From the NCBI GenBank assembly GCA_904501925.1, contig CAJGCO010000007.1, positions 182 through 64,181 on the forward strand: 64,000 nt of DNA, read 5' to 3'. Under the pieces are notes generated by a model. It did no database searches and was not told where the DNA came from. It was given only the letters and a program-made list of their open reading frames with translations. The translations under genes were made by a program, and so were the position numbers. Positions 20,465 to 29,825 of this stretch are shown here, one piece after another (position 1 is the stretch's first letter; every line of letters begins with the position of its first letter). Source of the stretch: an uncultured Alphaproteobacteria bacterium. Its GTDB lineage: Bacteria; Pseudomonadota; Alphaproteobacteria; RF32; CAG-239.

Positions 20465-21109
20465 TTAAATCTCAGGATATCCAATAACCTGATTTATAAT
20501 CACAAACTCATCTCTATCCAAACGTAACTTATCTTTTAATTCATCTTTGTTAATATATCCTCTAACAATAGATTTCAAACCTTTAGATGTTGCATATAAA
20601 GACACATTCTGCGCTGCAGCCCCAGCATGAAATGTAGAAAAATTCTTATCACTTCCAGTATATATCAAATTAAGTGGCGCATTTCTTACAAAATCCTGCT
20701 TTGCAATATAATCCATAATATCTTCCTCACTAACTTTAACCAAAATATTTACCATTCCATCATATTGCCAAATAGAATTATTATAAACTACAAACACTTT
20801 TAAGTTTTGCTCATTCATAGCCGTTGGAATAGTCCTTGTATTATGACTATTAACCCCAAACGCACTCCATAAAATCTCACTCAATGTTTCATCACTAATA
20901 GCTTTATTACTATACGCTCTAGCACTAGCTCTCTCATCAATAATTTTCATCAACTCTGATGTTTTATTCACCTCTGGCAATTTTTTTATCTCACTAATTT
21001 TCATCAACTCTGATGTTTTATTCACCTCTGGCAATTTTTTTACCTCACTAGCATTAGCTTTTATACCAATCACTAACGCACAGATTACAAAAACTAACTT
21101 CTTTAACAT
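20465..21109 (-). CDS. Secreted nitroreductase-family protein
   Basis: Trimmed to the ATG at 21109 (AGGGGA SD). Signal peptide MLKKLVFVICALVIGIKANA. The core RASARAYSNKAISDETLSEILWSAFGVN is of the nitroreductase/SagB-like type. Contains an 18-aa tandem duplication. Confidence 0.65.
   Translation of the reverse strand: MLKKLVFVICALVIGIKANASEVKKLPEVNKTSELMKISEIKKLPEVNKTSELMKIIDERASARAYSNKAISDETLSEILWSAFGVNSHNTRTIPTAMNEQNLKVFVVYNNSIWQYDGMVNILVKVSEEDIMDYIAKQDFVRNAPLNLIYTGSDKNFSTFHAGAAAQNVSLYATSKGLKSIVRGYINKDELKDKLRLDRDEFVIINQVIGYPEI
20942..21049. repeat. 54-bp tandem duplication (2 copies) inside the nitroreductase-family gene
   Basis: Units 20942..20995 and 20996..21049 differ by about 1-2 nt. 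They encode SEVKKLPEVNKTSELMKI / SEIKKLPEVNKTSELMKI just after the signal peptide. Confidence 0.9.
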
Positions 21110-21199
21110 CACATTTCCCCTAATAAAGATAATTTTCACATATCTTTCCCATACCATAAATATTATGAATAAACCGTAAATTTACCCTAAAATAAAACA

Positions 21200-21447
21200 A
21201 TAAAGGTGGAAAATTTTGAGTGGATAGAAGTCAATGTCCACCAAATAAGGGGAGCATACAAAATAGTACATGAATTTTTGCCAACAGGCTTCCATTGGCT
21301 AATTAGTTTGCAACCAACATAAAGGCGGAAAATTTTGAGTGGATAGAGATGAGCTTAAGGGGGCTCTAAATTTTAGTGTACAAAATAGTACATGAATTTA
21401 GAGCAACCAACTCCGGTCGCTCTAGACACCAAAATTTTCCCCTTTAT
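21200..21447. repeat. Composite intergenic repeat element: two ~120-bp direct units plus a terminal inverted repeat
   Basis: ATAAAGG(T/C)GGAAAATTTTGAGTGGATAGA occurs at 21200 and 21319. ACAAAATAGTACATGAATTT occurs at 21258 and 21380. CAAAATTTTCCCCTTTAT at 21430..21447 is the reverse complement of the unit start with 1 gap. A perfect 10-bp inverted repeat GCTCTAAATT/AATTTAGAGC lies at 21363/21395. Confidence 0.7.
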
Positions 21448-22721
21448 TATGCTTCACGACCTAAATTAACTTTAATAGGTACATACTTCTCGTCGCTATG
21501 ACTGATTAACTTCCCAGCTTGCTTCTCTTCAAGCATTTTACGCTTTCTTTCTTCAATAGTCTTTCTCTGCTCAGCATTATGCGCCCGTTGCTCTTCAGCT
21601 AAACGTTCTGCGTGAAATTGCTTAGCTTTTTCAAAAATAACTTCATCTTTATCTTCAGGCTTTTGCAGTATCGTAGATTTCAACTTCAAAAACGACTTAA
21701 CTAATTGATCCGTACTAATACTCTTTTTAGTTAAATCAATCCAACCAGTAAAATGCCCATTACTCAAAAATTCACTAAAATCAATATAAAATGCTTTAGC
21801 TTTCTTCTTATTTTTTGGCGCCAAAATCTTTTTTAATTCTTCTGCATTAGGCACTCTACCCAACGCTTGAGCAATCTGCTGTGGTGTAATAATACACTGG
21901 CTCAAATCCAACTCAGCAATATTAACTCCAGTAAAATCAATTCCAGTAAAATCCACCCCACGCAAACTCACATACCTCAAATCAATTCGCCTTAAATCAA
22001 GCAAAAACAGATTTAAACGTCTTAAATTAAGCTTATGAGGATAATATATAGCCAAATACTCAACTAATGCTTGCAACTCTTCTATTGCCAACTCATCCAT
22101 AATGATATCAAGCAATATAGCATCTTCGATATCAGCGTCACGTAAGATAACGCCTTCCATCCTAGCGCCAGTAAAGTTAGTTCCTTTTAACTTAGAACCA
22201 GCAAATATAGCATTTGTTAAATCAGCACCACTTAAGTCAGCCCCACTTAAGTCAGCACCACTAAAGTCAACACCAACTAACTTAGCATTTTTAAAGTTTG
22301 CATCTTGTAAATTAGCAGCCGAAAAATCTGCATTAGAAAGACTAACCCCCTCATAGTCCATCCCCATCAGATTTTGCCCCACATGGTACTCTCCGGATAA
22401 ATTCTGTCTTCTTCTTTCTTTTAATCCATCAATTTTTTCTAATTCACCAGCAACAGCTTTCCAAGAGTGACTAAATTCATAAAGCTTTGCCTCAATCTCA
22501 CCTTCAACAACCTCACCCTTAAGAGTTGCCTTAAGGTCTTCTTCCATGGCCACACGAACATCACCCAGCTCTTTATAGTAGCTTCTTAATTTTTCCAAAC
22601 GAACAGACGAACCATGTTTAGGCCCACCAGTATCATCATCATCATCGCCACTAACCACTGGTGAAAAGCTAAACTCTTCATCTTCTTTTTCAATGTTGTG
22701 TTTATCTAAATCATCAACCAT
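21447..22721 (-). CDS. Pentapeptide-repeat protein with an acidic N-terminus and a charged coiled C-terminus
   Basis: 424 aa. The central region ADFSAANLQDANFKNAKLVGVDFSGADLSGADLSGADLTNAIFAGSKLKGTNFTGARMEGVIL and a second block are classical A(D/N)LxX repeats. No signal peptide. Confidence 0.85.
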   Translation of the reverse strand: MVDDLDKHNIEKEDEEFSFSPVVSGDDDDDTGGPKHGSSVRLEKLRSYYKELGDVRVAMEEDLKATLKGEVVEGEIEAKLYEFSHSWKAVAGELEKIDGLKERRRQNLSGEYHVGQNLMGMDYEGVSLSNADFSAANLQDANFKNAKLVGVDFSGADLSGADLSGADLTNAIFAGSKLKGTNFTGARMEGVILRDADIEDAILLDIIMDELAIEELQALVEYLAIYYPHKLNLRRLNLFLLDLRRIDLRYVSLRGVDFTGIDFTGVNIAELDLSQCIITPQQIAQALGRVPNAEELKKILAPKNKKKAKAFYIDFSEFLSNGHFTGWIDLTKKSISTDQLVKSFLKLKSTILQKPEDKDEVIFEKAKQFHAERLAEEQRAHNAEQRKTIEERKRKMLEEKQAGKLISHSDEKYVPIKVNLGREA

Positions 22722-22775
22722 GTAAACTCTTTCAAAACATAACTAGATGAATTCTACTCTATTTTTTGCAAACAA

Positions 22776-24020
22776 TCAAGTTTTTAATGCATAATCAGGC
22801 TTCTTTTTATACAAATAACAACTAACAGCAATCGCCGGCAAGGCAAGCAACGCACTAACCACAAAAAAACAAGGCCAAGATGTTAATTCCAAAACTCGCC
22901 CAGAACTAGAAGCAAAAATATCTCTAGCCAACCCCATTAAAGACGATAATAAAGCATATTGTGTTGCAGTTTGCCCTCTATCACATAACACCGACATAAA
23001 CGCAATTATTGCTGTTGTAGCCATACCAGAAACCAAATTTTCCAAAGATACCGCCACAATCAAACTAAAAACATCATGCCCAATATAATATAACCCAATA
23101 TATAACAGATTAGTAAGCCCCTGCAAAACAGCCAAAACCACCAATCCTCTTAGTATATTTATTTTGTTAATTATAATCCCACCTAAAATTCCACCAATAA
23201 TCGTAGCAATCATTCCATACAACTTTGAAACATACGCAATCTCAATTTTACTAAAACCCAAATCATCATAAAAAGGATACGCCAATGGTCCAAAATATGA
23301 ATCACTTAACCTATAAAAAAACACCAATAATAATGCACTCAACCAATATTGCTTTTTCACAAATTTACTAAATGGTTCAACAACAGCACTCTTAAAAACA
23401 TTTCCTCCCATTTCTTTAACCTCAATTTTAGGCTCATCAGCCACACAAACTGCAATAATTCCCAAAATCAAAATCAATGAAATTAAAAAATAAACACTTC
23501 CCCAAGATAAAACCGATGCAAGCCCAATCGCTCCAGCGCTAGAAATCACCAATCCCAAACGATATCCCAAAACATAAACACTAGCCCCATTTACTTCATC
23601 TCTTGTATTTTCATCAAAAATTTCCACCCTAAAGGCATCTAAAACAATATCCAATGTTGCAGAAAACAAGCTAATCATAATCGCAAAAATTGCCATATAC
23701 ATCAAACCACTACTTGGCTCAAAAAACGATATTCCCATAATCGAACACATCAACCCAACTAGTGCAAAAATTGCCCAACTTTTTCTCTTTCCAATTTTAT
23801 GAATAAACGGCAAATTAAACTTCTCAACCACTGGCGCCCAAACCCACTTAAAAGAATACGGCAACCTAATCAAAGAAAAAGCCCCTATTGTTCTATAGGC
23901 CACCCCATAATCCTTAAGCCATAAAGAAAGCGTACCAAAAACCAACGCCAAAGGCAAACCACTAGCCAAACCAAACGCTAGTGTAATTAACATTTTTTTA
24001 GATAAAAGCTTACTCTTCAT
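22776..24020 (-). CDS. ampG: AmpG-family muropeptide / MFS permease
   Basis: 414 aa, about 12 TM segments. The N-terminal region GLPLALVFGTLSLWLKDYGV..IGAFSLIRLPYSFKWVWAPVVEKF matches the AmpG pattern. Confidence 0.8.
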   Translation of the reverse strand: MKSKLLSKKMLITLAFGLASGLPLALVFGTLSLWLKDYGVAYRTIGAFSLIRLPYSFKWVWAPVVEKFNLPFIHKIGKRKSWAIFALVGLMCSIMGISFFEPSSGLMYMAIFAIMISLFSATLDIVLDAFRVEIFDENTRDEVNGASVYVLGYRLGLVISSAGAIGLASVLSWGSVYFLISLILILGIIAVCVADEPKIEVKEMGGNVFKSAVVEPFSKFVKKQYWLSALLLVFFYRLSDSYFGPLAYPFYDDLGFSKIEIAYVSKLYGMIATIIGGILGGIIINKINILRGLVVLAVLQGLTNLLYIGLYYIGHDVFSLIVAVSLENLVSGMATTAIIAFMSVLCDRGQTATQYALLSSLMGLARDIFASSSGRVLELTSWPCFFVVSALLALPAIAVSCYLYKKKPDYALKT

Positions 24021-24981
24021 CTCTAAAATTTACCTTATTTTCAACAATATAAATAGGTCTATTTTTTACTTCCAAAAAGATTCTTCCAACGTATTCCCCA
24101 ATAATTCCAAGAATAACCATCTGGATTCCTCCAAGCAACAAAATAAACACCAACAAAGATGCATATCCCGGAACATCAATTCCTTTAATTATTGTCCTTA
24201 AAATAATGTAAAATGCATAAAACATTCCACTTAAAGAAAGCAATCCCCCCAAATATGTCCAAACTCTTAAAGGAAATGTTGTAGAAGCGGTTATTCCATC
24301 AAGCGCAAAGTTCCATAACTTCCAATAATTCCATTTACTAACACCAGCACTTCGTTTTTCCCTAATATATTTTATTCCAACAGACTTAAAGCCCGTCCAG
24401 CCAAAAATACCTTTCATAAATATATTTTTTTCATTCAAGCTTAAAATCGCATTTATAACTTTTCTATCAATCAGTCTATAATCACCTGCATTATAAGGAA
24501 TTGGCGATTTTGTTAAAAGGTTATAGATCTTATAAAACATCTTAGCAGTAAGTCTTTTTAATAGTGTATCGCTCTTTCTATCAATACGAATTCCATACAC
24601 CATATCATATCCCTCATTCCATTTTTCAATAAATTCAGAAATAAGATGTGGAGGATCTTGCAAATCAACATCTATTGGAATAGCGCACTTACCATTACAA
24701 TACTTAAATCCTGCCATCATTCCATATTCTTTACCAAAATTACGAGAAAATTTTATAATTTTTACTTTTGTATCTTTTTTTGCAAATTCACATAATTTTT
24801 CATATGTTCCATCAATAGAACCATCATCAATACAAATAATTTCAAACGAATACTTAAGATTATTATTTATAACCTCATTAATTTTCTCAAAAAACAACCC
24901 TAAGCTTTCTTCTTCATTGTACATAGAAACAATAATAGATACATCAACACTATCATCATTTATTTTCAAAACTTTTCCCAT
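24010..24981 (-). CDS. Polyprenol-phosphate glycosyltransferase (GT2, GtrB/ArnC/DPM1-like)
   Basis: VSIIVSMYNEEE...CIDDGSIDGT...KFSRNFGKEYGMMAG...VDLQDPP plus two C-terminal TM helices. Confidence 0.85.
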   Translation of the reverse strand: MGKVLKINDDSVDVSIIVSMYNEEESLGLFFEKINEVINNNLKYSFEIICIDDGSIDGTYEKLCEFAKKDTKVKIIKFSRNFGKEYGMMAGFKYCNGKCAIPIDVDLQDPPHLISEFIEKWNEGYDMVYGIRIDRKSDTLLKRLTAKMFYKIYNLLTKSPIPYNAGDYRLIDRKVINAILSLNEKNIFMKGIFGWTGFKSVGIKYIREKRSAGVSKWNYWKLWNFALDGITASTTFPLRVWTYLGGLLSLSGMFYAFYIILRTIIKGIDVPGYASLLVFILLLGGIQMVILGIIGEYVGRIFLEVKNRPIYIVENKVNFRDEE

Positions 24982-25110
24982 GGTTCCTCTCTTTTACTTT
25001 AGAATAATAACAAAGTATATTTTTTTTATAATAAAATAAAATTTATTTGCCCTTTATTAACAGATTTAAACATATCATACAAAAAAACTAATTTTTTATA
25101 GGAACAAATA

Positions 25111-26685
25111 ATGTCATTTATAAAATCAATAGCCACTTTTGGTGGATTTACAATGGTAAGTCGAGTAACCGGCTTTTTAAGAGATATGCTAATTGCCAAC
25201 TTCCTAGGCGCAGGCAACGTTTCTGATGCCTTTTTAGTATCATTTAAGCTCCCCAACCTATTTAGAAGCTTATTCGCCGAAGGTGCTTTTAGCTCTGCAT
25301 TTGTTCCTCTTTTTTCATCACAATTAGTAAGCTCGGGCAAACAAAAATCCATAGAATTCGCCTCTCGTGCCATATCATTACTTTGCTGTATTTTGCTTGT
25401 TTTCGTTATTATATTCGAACTAGGCATGCCCTACGTTGTCAGATTCTTAGCCCCCGGCTTTGCTTCCGATGCATCAAAAATGCTCCTAACAACTGAGCTT
25501 TGTCGCATAACATTCCCTTTTTTATTATTTATCTCAATAGTATCTTTCCAAGCAGGAATTCTAAACTCATTAGATAAATTTGCAGCCCCTGCTGCCACCC
25601 CAATCATTCTAAACTTAGGCATCATAACCTCTGGTATTTTATCTATTATGTTTTTAGATATGCCAGTTTATGGTCTTTCTTGGGGTATCACAATCTCAGG
25701 TTTAATTGAAATCATCTGGTTAAAATACTTCTTAAACAAAGAAGATGTAAAAATCACCCCCAAATTATCACTCATAAGCATCACCAAAGACCCAGAAATT
25801 CGTACCCTATTTAAGCGCATAGCCCCAGGAATTGTTGGTGCAGGAATTTATCAAATAAACATGGTCGTAGATACAATTTTAGTATCTTTAGTTTCAAGTG
25901 GTGCCGTATCATGGTTATATTACGCCAATAGATTACAACAACTCCCCCTTGGTGTTATAGGTGCAGCCATAAGTGTTGCCTTACTCCCTCTTTTATCCAA
26001 AAAACTAAAAGCTGGCGAACTACAAGAAGCCTCACAAACTCAAGACAAAGCCGTAATTTATGGTCTTTTAATGTCATTACCTGCAACAGTAATATTTATA
26101 TGCCTTTCAGATTCTCTTATCCAATTACTTTTTGAGCATGGTAAATTTAATTCATCAGACACAACAGCCACCTCCCTTGCACTTAAAGCTTATGCAGTTG
26201 GTCTACCATGTTATGTAATGGTAAAAGCCTTAATGCCAAACTTTTTTGCAAGAGGCGATACAAAAACCCCCGTTAAATATAGTTTTGTAGTGTTTTTAAC
26301 AAACCTTGGATTAAACCTAATTTTAATGAAACCATTTGGTCATATTGGTATTGCAATAGCCACATCATTATCTGCTTTTGTCTCTTTATACCAATACATT
26401 CATGGCTTAAAAAAACTAGGTTTTTGGAGTATTTCAACAGAACTAAAATCAACCATAAAAAACATCTTTTTATGTACTCTTATTTTAGCAATCACCCTAT
26501 ATATAACAAACCTTATCATAAATATATACATCCCATCAACATCTATTGTTGCCTTAATTATTAAATTATCTCTAATTGGCATAATAGGACTTGCAACTTT
26601 TTTGATTTCAGCTAAAATAACAAAAGTCTTAGATATAACACAAATTATAAATACTTTTATCAAACGGAGAAAAAATAGATGCTAA
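25111..26685 (+). CDS. murJ: Lipid II flippase MurJ
   Basis: 524 aa. The N-terminus SRVTGFLRDMLIANFLGAGNVSDAFLVSFKLPNLFRSLFAEGAFSSAFVPLFS is the canonical MurJ/MviN sequence. Confidence 0.93.
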   Translation: MSFIKSIATFGGFTMVSRVTGFLRDMLIANFLGAGNVSDAFLVSFKLPNLFRSLFAEGAFSSAFVPLFSSQLVSSGKQKSIEFASRAISLLCCILLVFVIIFELGMPYVVRFLAPGFASDASKMLLTTELCRITFPFLLFISIVSFQAGILNSLDKFAAPAATPIILNLGIITSGILSIMFLDMPVYGLSWGITISGLIEIIWLKYFLNKEDVKITPKLSLISITKDPEIRTLFKRIAPGIVGAGIYQINMVVDTILVSLVSSGAVSWLYYANRLQQLPLGVIGAAISVALLPLLSKKLKAGELQEASQTQDKAVIYGLLMSLPATVIFICLSDSLIQLLFEHGKFNSSDTTATSLALKAYAVGLPCYVMVKALMPNFFARGDTKTPVKYSFVVFLTNLGLNLILMKPFGHIGIAIATSLSAFVSLYQYIHGLKKLGFWSISTELKSTIKNIFLCTLILAITLYITNLIINIYIPSTSIVALIIKLSLIGIIGLATFLISAKITKVLDITQIINTFIKRRKNRC

Positions 26686-27734
26686 AAAACCTATTAAACA
26701 AATTAAAAATCTTGCTAAAACGCTTATTAGGTAAAAGTGTTTATGTTTGCACATACTCAAAAGATTTCATAAAAAAATCTTTCAAAAATAAAAACAAAGC
26801 CCCCAAAAACAACAAACTGTTCTCTTTGGTTACCAACATTTTCAAAAAAAGAAAATTTGGCTTTATAGCTGTTTTTAGCATAATTTTTATATACTACGGC
26901 CTAGGAATTATAATCAGTTCAAAAATAAACACAAATTTAGAATATAAATTAAGCGCCCCAAATAACACCAGATACACAACTAATGCCTTAATTTATACTC
27001 TAAAAACTCAAGTTGATGATACTCAATGGACACCAGCTCTTCCAATCATCTTCCCTGCATATTTTTTAGATAATTTACCAAATTTCCAAATCGGAACCAA
27101 AGATGCCATAAAACATTTAGTAAAAAAAATGTCTGCATACTATATTGATAGTGAATTAAAAAAAGCTGGTGAATTATTAAATTACGCTCCAAACATTTGG
27201 TTATTTTCCAAAACAAATGACGACACCATTGCTCCTGGCTCTGCCAAACAATATCGCAAAGCCCTCGCTTTATTAAACTCATTTTCAACCAAACAAAGCG
27301 CCCTCTACCCACTAGACATCAAAGAACTAAAATACTTTTTAAATAGTCTGGATAGTTTACTAGATAACAACATCCAAAAACTAGATAAACATATCCGTGA
27401 ACACTCAACCGATTTAATAAATCATAGAACAGACGATGTTTTCTACTACACCCAAGGAAACGCATACGTAATTTATTACACAATCAAAGGTCTAACTAAA
27501 GACTACCAAGATCAAATTGTTGAAGCAGAACTCTATGATGATATAACAACCATCTTAAAAAACTTAGAAACTGCTATAAATTTCAATCCAATATCCATAA
27601 AAAACGCATCCCCTGAAGATGTTTATTTAGCTAATCACTTAATTTATTTAGCATATTTCTTATCACAAGCTCAAAATAAATTAAAAAGCGTCTCTTACAA
27701 TATTGAGCTAAAAACAAGGGAACTTATTAAATGA
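26679..27734 (+). CDS. Membrane-anchored hypothetical protein (DUF2333-like, tentative)
   Basis: 351 aa. One TM helix after a basic N-terminus. The motif DNLPNFQIGTKDAIKHL resembles DUF2333 as I recall it. Overlaps the murJ stop. Confidence 0.45.
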   Translation: MLKNLLNKLKILLKRLLGKSVYVCTYSKDFIKKSFKNKNKAPKNNKLFSLVTNIFKKRKFGFIAVFSIIFIYYGLGIIISSKINTNLEYKLSAPNNTRYTTNALIYTLKTQVDDTQWTPALPIIFPAYFLDNLPNFQIGTKDAIKHLVKKMSAYYIDSELKKAGELLNYAPNIWLFSKTNDDTIAPGSAKQYRKALALLNSFSTKQSALYPLDIKELKYFLNSLDSLLDNNIQKLDKHIREHSTDLINHRTDDVFYYTQGNAYVIYYTIKGLTKDYQDQIVEAELYDDITTILKNLETAINFNPISIKNASPEDVYLANHLIYLAYFLSQAQNKLKSVSYNIELKTRELIK

Positions 27735-28237
27735 TAATAGAACACAAATCTTTAAGCCCAAGTAGCTGTATATTATATTTTTCCAATCCATTTTCTTTTC
27801 ATGGAACTTTTTATAGTTCAGACAAAGAAAACCTCCCACTTCCTCTAAAAAATATAATTGAAACATCTCTTGTTAAAGATTTTCTTCTAACATCAGATTT
27901 TATATATATTTTAGCAAACTCTCCTCAAGACTTAGAGCCCCTAAAAGCCATAACCCTTGCAGAATTTGATGATTTTGATAATATAAGAACCCCTCATATT
28001 GCACCTTTAAGCAATTTAAATAACAAAATAAACCTAATATTGAGTTTAATCATCGCCCCCCACTTACAAAGAGACGGAGGCAACATCGAACTAACCTCAA
28101 TAAATGACAACACCATAACTGTTCGTTTTCTTGGCAAATGCCATGGTTGCCCATATGCTATGCGCACCCTAAAAGAACACGTAGAAAAAAACATAACACG
28201 CTACCTTCCACACATAAAAGAGGTAAAACTTGCATGA
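27731..28237 (+). CDS. NifU/Nfu-type Fe-S cluster scaffold protein
   Basis: C-terminal GGNIELTSINDNTITVRFLGKCHGCPYAMRTLKEHVEKNI (NifU C-terminal CxxC domain). ATGA overlap with the upstream gene. Confidence 0.75.
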   Translation: MIIEHKSLSPSSCILYFSNPFSFHGTFYSSDKENLPLPLKNIIETSLVKDFLLTSDFIYILANSPQDLEPLKAITLAEFDDFDNIRTPHIAPLSNLNNKINLILSLIIAPHLQRDGGNIELTSINDNTITVRFLGKCHGCPYAMRTLKEHVEKNITRYLPHIKEVKLA

Positions 28238-29127
28238 TAAAACGCTTAACATTAGTGCTTTTAATATTTTTTAGTTTTATTATTTCAGCTCACGCTAAAA
28301 TAAACATCACAACTTTCAATGGCATAACTTATGTAGAAAACGCAACAGTTCAAGAGCTTGAAGAACTTTATAAAAAACACAAATACCAACGTTTCCACGC
28401 TCTAGATGATAACGCTTATCCAGCAATTTTTCTAAAAACTCTACCTTCAGATTTCGGTGATATAAAATCACAAAAATATCGTAACGAATTATTTATCCGA
28501 ATTCTAACACCTCTTGCTCTAAAAATAAATCAAGAGCTTCAAAACGAACGCAACCAACTCTTGCAAATAGAAAAATCATTTAATAAAAACCAAACTCTAA
28601 ACGAATTTGAAGCCAAACGCTTAGATGAGCTTGCAAAAAAATACGATTTTTTCACAAGAGACGAAAAATTAGATAGATACAAAAAACAAATTTCCAACCT
28701 AAAATCACGCATAAACATTATCCCCCCATCAATATTCATAGCCGCCGCCGCCATGGAAAGTAATTGGGGTTTCTCTCGCGTAGCCTTAAAAGCAAATTCT
28801 TTATATAAAGAAAAAGTATGGTTCACCAATGAAGGTCTCGAACCCCTAGAAAACGCCAACGACGGCTATCGCTTTAGAATATTTAATAGCCTAATAGATA
28901 GCATGCGTAGTTTCGCCTTAAAATTTAATTCCGATATCAATTACCAACCCGTATGGTTTGCCCGTGAAGCCAAAGCCTCTACCAAAGATCCTCTTCTTGG
29001 CGAAAGCATGGCCTACACATTAGCCAACTCTTCACACCTACCAAACTTTGCCGGTATCTTAACCTATACAACAGCTTTCTATGATTTATATAGTTTAGAC
29101 TTAGGACACCTAAAAATAGGAGAATAA
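28234..29127 (+). CDS. Bax-like glucosaminidase-domain protein (secreted)
   Basis: Track ORF trimmed to the ATG at 28234 (ATGA overlap with the NifU-like gene). Signal peptide MIKRLTLVLLIFFSFIISAHA. PPSIFIAAAAMESNWGFSR is the mannosyl-glycoprotein endo-beta-N-acetylglucosaminidase motif. Confidence 0.7.
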   Translation: MIKRLTLVLLIFFSFIISAHAKINITTFNGITYVENATVQELEELYKKHKYQRFHALDDNAYPAIFLKTLPSDFGDIKSQKYRNELFIRILTPLALKINQELQNERNQLLQIEKSFNKNQTLNEFEAKRLDELAKKYDFFTRDEKLDRYKKQISNLKSRINIIPPSIFIAAAAMESNWGFSRVALKANSLYKEKVWFTNEGLEPLENANDGYRFRIFNSLIDSMRSFALKFNSDINYQPVWFAREAKASTKDPLLGESMAYTLANSSHLPNFAGILTYTTAFYDLYSLDLGHLKIGE

Positions 29128-29129
29128 AA

Positions 29130-29807
29130 ATGTCATTAAATATAATCCCCGTATTATGCGACGAAAAAAATATGAAAAACTACGCATATATCCTCCATTC
29201 CCCTATCACCTCAACCACCATAGTAATAGATGCAGCCGAAGCAAACCCCATATTAAACAAATTAAACGAACTAAATCTAAAACCTTCACACATACTCAGC
29301 ACTCATCACCACTTTGATCATGTTGAAGGTAACTCCGTCTTAAAAGAAAAATACAATTTACAAATAATAGCACCTGCAGATGAGTTCGATAAAGTTCCTT
29401 TAGCAGATATCAAAGCAAAAAATAACACCCCCATCACCATAAATGATATTCAAATAACCCCTATCCATTCTCCAGGGCACACCCTCGGACATATGATATA
29501 TTACATAAAAGAAGAAAACGCCTTATTTACCGGTGATGTCTTGTTTAACCTATGCGTTGGTGGCTTATTTGAAGGCACCCCCTCACAAATGTATTCATCT
29601 TTAGCAAACATAAAAACCTTACCTAAACAAACCATAATATATCCAGGACACGAATACACAAGAGCCTGCCTAACCAAAGACTTACTAAACAACCCAAATT
29701 TTGCTACATACCTAAAAAAAATGCTTTCTCGTGAACAAGGCACCTACATTTTTTCAACTCTAGAAGAAGAGTTAGATTACAACCCATACCTTCAATCTCA
29801 ACAATAG
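29130..29807 (+). CDS. gloB: Hydroxyacylglutathione hydrolase-like metallo-beta-lactamase fold protein
   Basis: 225 aa. THHHFDHVEGN (HxHxDH), SPGHTLGH, YPGHEY. The length and order of motifs fit glyoxalase II. Confidence 0.75.
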   Translation: MSLNIIPVLCDEKNMKNYAYILHSPITSTTIVIDAAEANPILNKLNELNLKPSHILSTHHHFDHVEGNSVLKEKYNLQIIAPADEFDKVPLADIKAKNNTPITINDIQITPIHSPGHTLGHMIYYIKEENALFTGDVLFNLCVGGLFEGTPSQMYSSLANIKTLPKQTIIYPGHEYTRACLTKDLLNNPNFATYLKKMLSREQGTYIFSTLEEELDYNPYLQSQQ

Positions 29808-29825
29808 ATTTAAAAGGATACAATC

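Noticed and set aside
21200-21447. Possibility that the intergenic direct repeats form a CRISPR array.
   Set aside because: There are only two units of about 120 bp with shared internal blocks. There is no short repeat-spacer periodicity and no cas genes anywhere in the window.
25026-25427. 133-aa minus-strand ORF at the murJ 5' end.
   Set aside because: It is antisense to the canonical MurJ N-terminus, which is the best-conserved part of the protein. It has no SD and its sequence is not protein-like.
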